Assembly: GCF_032191835.1 (NCBI RefSeq)
Contig: NC_083224.1
Coordinates: 52,018,001-52,082,000, forward strand
Origin: Heteronotia binoei
Taxonomy: Eukaryota
Length of the DNA: 64,000 nucleotides
Direction: 5' to 3'
Below are positions 61,163 through 64,000 of the stretch, piece after piece. Positions within the stretch are counted from its first letter, which is position 1; each line of letters opens with the position of its first letter. Under the pieces are notes generated by a model. That model was not told where the DNA came from. It did not search any database and was given only the letters and a program-made list of their open reading frames with translations. The translations under genes were made by a program, and so were the position numbers.

Positions 61163-61585
61163 CAAGAGTAGCCAAACTTACTTAATGTAAGAGCCACATA
61201 GAATAAACATTAGATCTTTGAGAGCTGCAAGACATGAACATCAGATGTTTGAGAGATACAANNNNNNNNNNNNNNNNNNNNNNNNNNNNNNNNNNNNNNN
61301 NNNNNNNNNNNNNNNNNNNNNNNNNNNNNNNNNNNNNNNNNNNNNNNNNNNNNNNNNNNNNNNNNNNNNNNNNNNNNNNNNNNNNNNNNGGAGGGAGTTA
61401 GAAAGAAAACAATTTTAACCTTAGATGCCTTCTCTAAGCTGCCAGCTGGCTTGGATTGGAGAAGTGATTTAAAGAGACAAATGCCTTCTCCAAGCCAGCC
61501 GACGGGGCGGTGGGGGCTTCAAGAGCCACACAATATGTGTGAAAGAGCCACATGTGGCTCCTGAGCCACAGTTTGACCACCCCTG
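61163..61585. mobile_element. hAT MITE spanning the assembly gap
   Basis: caagagtagccaaac / gtttgaccacccctg ends, perfect TSD gcttatac (61155-61162 and 61586-61593). Confidence 0.75.
61262..61389. other. Assembly gap (128 N)
   Basis: Direct read. Confidence 1.
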
Positions 61586-62504
61586 GCTTATACCGCCAAA
61601 ATCTTGTTGGACTTTAATAAGGTGCTACTTGACTCAAATCTAGCTCTTCTACTGCAGACCGACATGGCTACACTCCTATGTTGCATGGAAATTGTACCAT
61701 CTCCCCCACAAATAACAGTGTAATTGGGAGCATAATCAGGCATTGCCATCCCTACCCTTCAGAGCATCTTCAAAATCAAATAGGGTCTTCTTGCTTACAG
61801 TAATTTTTATGGACAGTCATAAGTGCTTTCAACTCTTCTTGGACTGGCATTACTTTGAATGGGTTATGTTGTTTCGCCTAAAGATGTCTCAATTCTTGCC
61901 CTCTCTCTTACACACCTTGCATTGGGCAAGTAGTTTCCATGAAGCCCATGAAGGTACATCCTGTAGATATTTTCAAAAGAAACTCCTTCCTCCAAGGAGG
62001 CCAGGGCACTCCCATGTTGATCAGAATGTCCATTCAATTTTAAATGGTGTTGTCTTTTTTTCATGAACATTCAGAAGTGTATGAGAAAGATAAAATGAAA
62101 ATATCACCTGTGAAAACACCATTGGGCCTAATTAAACTGTATACTCAAATGCATGTAATCCAATCCCAGTTTTTTTTTTAAGAGAAAAACAGTTTTTGGA
62201 GAGGGCAATGTGGAGTGGAGAAATGGGTTAGTGAATGCTTTAAACCGTTTCATGCTTGTCATTTCTCTGCTCCAACTCTCCCCCACCCCTCCAAGCCATT
62301 ACCTCCCTGCTCTGTGGGGTTCCAAAACAGGCATTTTAAACTCTATTGTGGAAAAAGCAGCTTGAGGGCAAGTTACAGTGAACAGGGAAAGAAGTTAAGT
62401 ATCCTTATTAACTTGTGCACTGGTTGGATCCAAATGCATTCATGAGTTTCCCCAACAGGCCCCACCCTGGACATTTCAGAAAATGAAAATGGCATGTTCT
62501 AAAG

Positions 62505-62640
62505 CAGGGGTGGCCAACAGTAGCTCTCCAGATGTTTTTTGCCTACAACTCCCATCAGCCCCAGCCAGCATGGCTGATGGCTGAGGCTGATGGGAGTTGT
62601 AGGCAAAAAAAATCTGGAGAGCTACCGTTGGCCACCCCTG
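62505..62640. mobile_element. Palindromic hAT MITE
   Basis: CAGGGGTGGCCAAC...GTTGGCCACCCCTG foldback, perfect TSD ttctaaag. Confidence 0.88.
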
Positions 62641-62835
62641 TTCTAAAGCAAAGAAATGCCCAGACTGAAATTATATATTTAATTTGGGAGGAGGCACTTT
62701 TCAAATTCAACTAATGGTTCAGATATGGAAGGGAGAAGGATGTTGGATTTGCTGGCCACATGAGAGATCAGCATAAATCAGCTGTGACTTGACAGTGTTT
62801 TCCACGAGTGAAAAGTACTATCTGATTTGTGTCCT

Positions 62836-63730
62836 GAGAGCCAGCTGTGGTGTAGTGGTTAAGAGCAGTGGACTCTAACCTGTAGAACTGGGTTTCAGTC
62901 CCCCCTCCTCTACATGCAACCAGTTGGGTGACCTTGGGCCAGTCACAGTTCTCTCAGAGCTCTCTTGGCTTCACCTACCTCACAGGTGTCTGTTGTGGGG
63001 AGAGGAAGGGAAGGTGATTGTAAGAAGACTGCAGATTTATACCCTGCTCTTCTCTCTGAATCAGAGACTCAGAGCGGCTTACAATCTCCTATATCTTCTC
63101 CCCCCACAACAGACACCCTGTGAGGGAGGTGGGGCTGAGAGGGCTCTCACAGCAGCTGCCCTTTCAAGGACAACCTCTACCAGAGCTATGGCTGACCCAA
63201 GGCTGCTAGCAGGTGCAAGTGGAGGAGTGGGGAATCAAACCCAGTTCTCTCATATAAGAGTCTGCACACTTAACCACTACACCAAACTGGCTCTCATTGT
63301 AAGCCACTCCAAGACTCTTTTGGGTAGTGAAGAGCAGGGTTATAAAAACCAACTCCTCCTCCTCTACCCCCGTTTGGTATAGTGGTTAAGTGCATGGACT
63401 CTTATCTGGAAGGACCAGGTTTTATTCTCCTCTCCTTCACATGCAGCTGCTGGAGTGACCTTGGATCAATCATAACTCTCTCAGAGCTGCTGCTCAAGAG
63501 CAGTTCTCGGAGAGCTCTCTCAATCCCACATGCCTGACAGGGTGTTGTGGGGAGGAGAAGGGAAAGGAGATTGTAAGCTGCTCTGAGCAGGAACTTCTTA
63601 GCATATTCAGCCACACTCCCTGACACCAAACCAGCTGGAACTGTGTTCCTGTGCATTTCTGCTCAAAAAAAAGCCCTGGCTCTGAGACTCTATGTAGGGG
63701 TGGGGTATAAATCCAATCTCTTCTCTTCTT
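62836..63730. mobile_element. Nested SINE cluster: + Squam3 (62836-63364) split by a - Squam3 (63025-63295), then a + Squam3 (about 63370-63730) split by a hAT MITE (63588-63678)
   Basis: TSD attgtaag (63017-63024 and 63296-63303) and TSD gctctgag (63580-63587 and 63679-63686). Confidence 0.85.
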
Positions 63731-63883
63731 CCTTTGATCCCTGCAAGACATCATTTCACCAGGAACTTGGGACCACCACAGGCCAGCTAGGTGGATGGTT
63801 TACAAAAATAATATTTTCTTTGTTTAAAAAATGTTTTGTTCCAGCACCTGGAAAATGTATTCTCAGAATGTGGCTTCTTGCAG

Positions 63884-64000
63884 ATATTTCATCAGGGTGC
63901 TGTAGTCACCGATGCTGCCCGCTGCACTGCTCTGGGGATCGAGGTACTCAACAAGCAAGGCTCCTCAGTGGATGCAGCCATCGCCTCCGCCTTATGCTCA
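63884..64000 (+). CDS. GGT7: GGT7 coding exon 3 (truncated by window end)
   Basis: Acceptor ttcttgcag|ATA, IFHQGAVVTDAARCTALGIEVLNKQGSSVDAAIASALC. Confidence 0.96.
   Translation, partial: MFHQGAVVTDAARCTALGIEVLNKQGSSVDAAIASALCS

Overview
Vertebrate genomic DNA from a lizard, most likely a gecko judging by the Squam3-type SINEs. It contains no prokaryotic features. Left to right: (1) a CpG-rich promoter and probable non-coding first exon of a minus-strand gene whose coding exons lie outside the window (CArG-like boxes; MYL9 is only a synteny-based guess); (2) a complete 4-exon RAB5IF (C20orf24/RCAF1/OPTI) gene on the + strand (CDS 15049-23807, 135 aa); (3) a minus-strand, multi-exon CYLD-like deubiquitinase paralog (27447-41546) that the ORF track shows only in fragments; (4) the first three coding exons of GGT7 on the + strand (from 50919, running off the window). 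I reconstructed the CYLD-like gene by hand. It has canonical GT-AG sites, intron phases that chain without frameshift, a strong Kozak ATG and an intact Cys-box. It also has an in-frame TGA in a leaky context, no recognisable B-box or His-box exons (their loss preserves frame), no recognisable CAP-Gly2/3 exons, and a tandem duplication of its last splice acceptor. The rest is repeat-rich: L2 and CR1 LINE fragments, tRNA- and 5S-derived SINEs, Penelope-like remnants, many hAT MITEs with 8-bp TSDs, several nested insertions, a long inverted repeat at the left edge and one 128-N gap. All homology calls come from remembered human protein sequences and manual translation, not from database searches.
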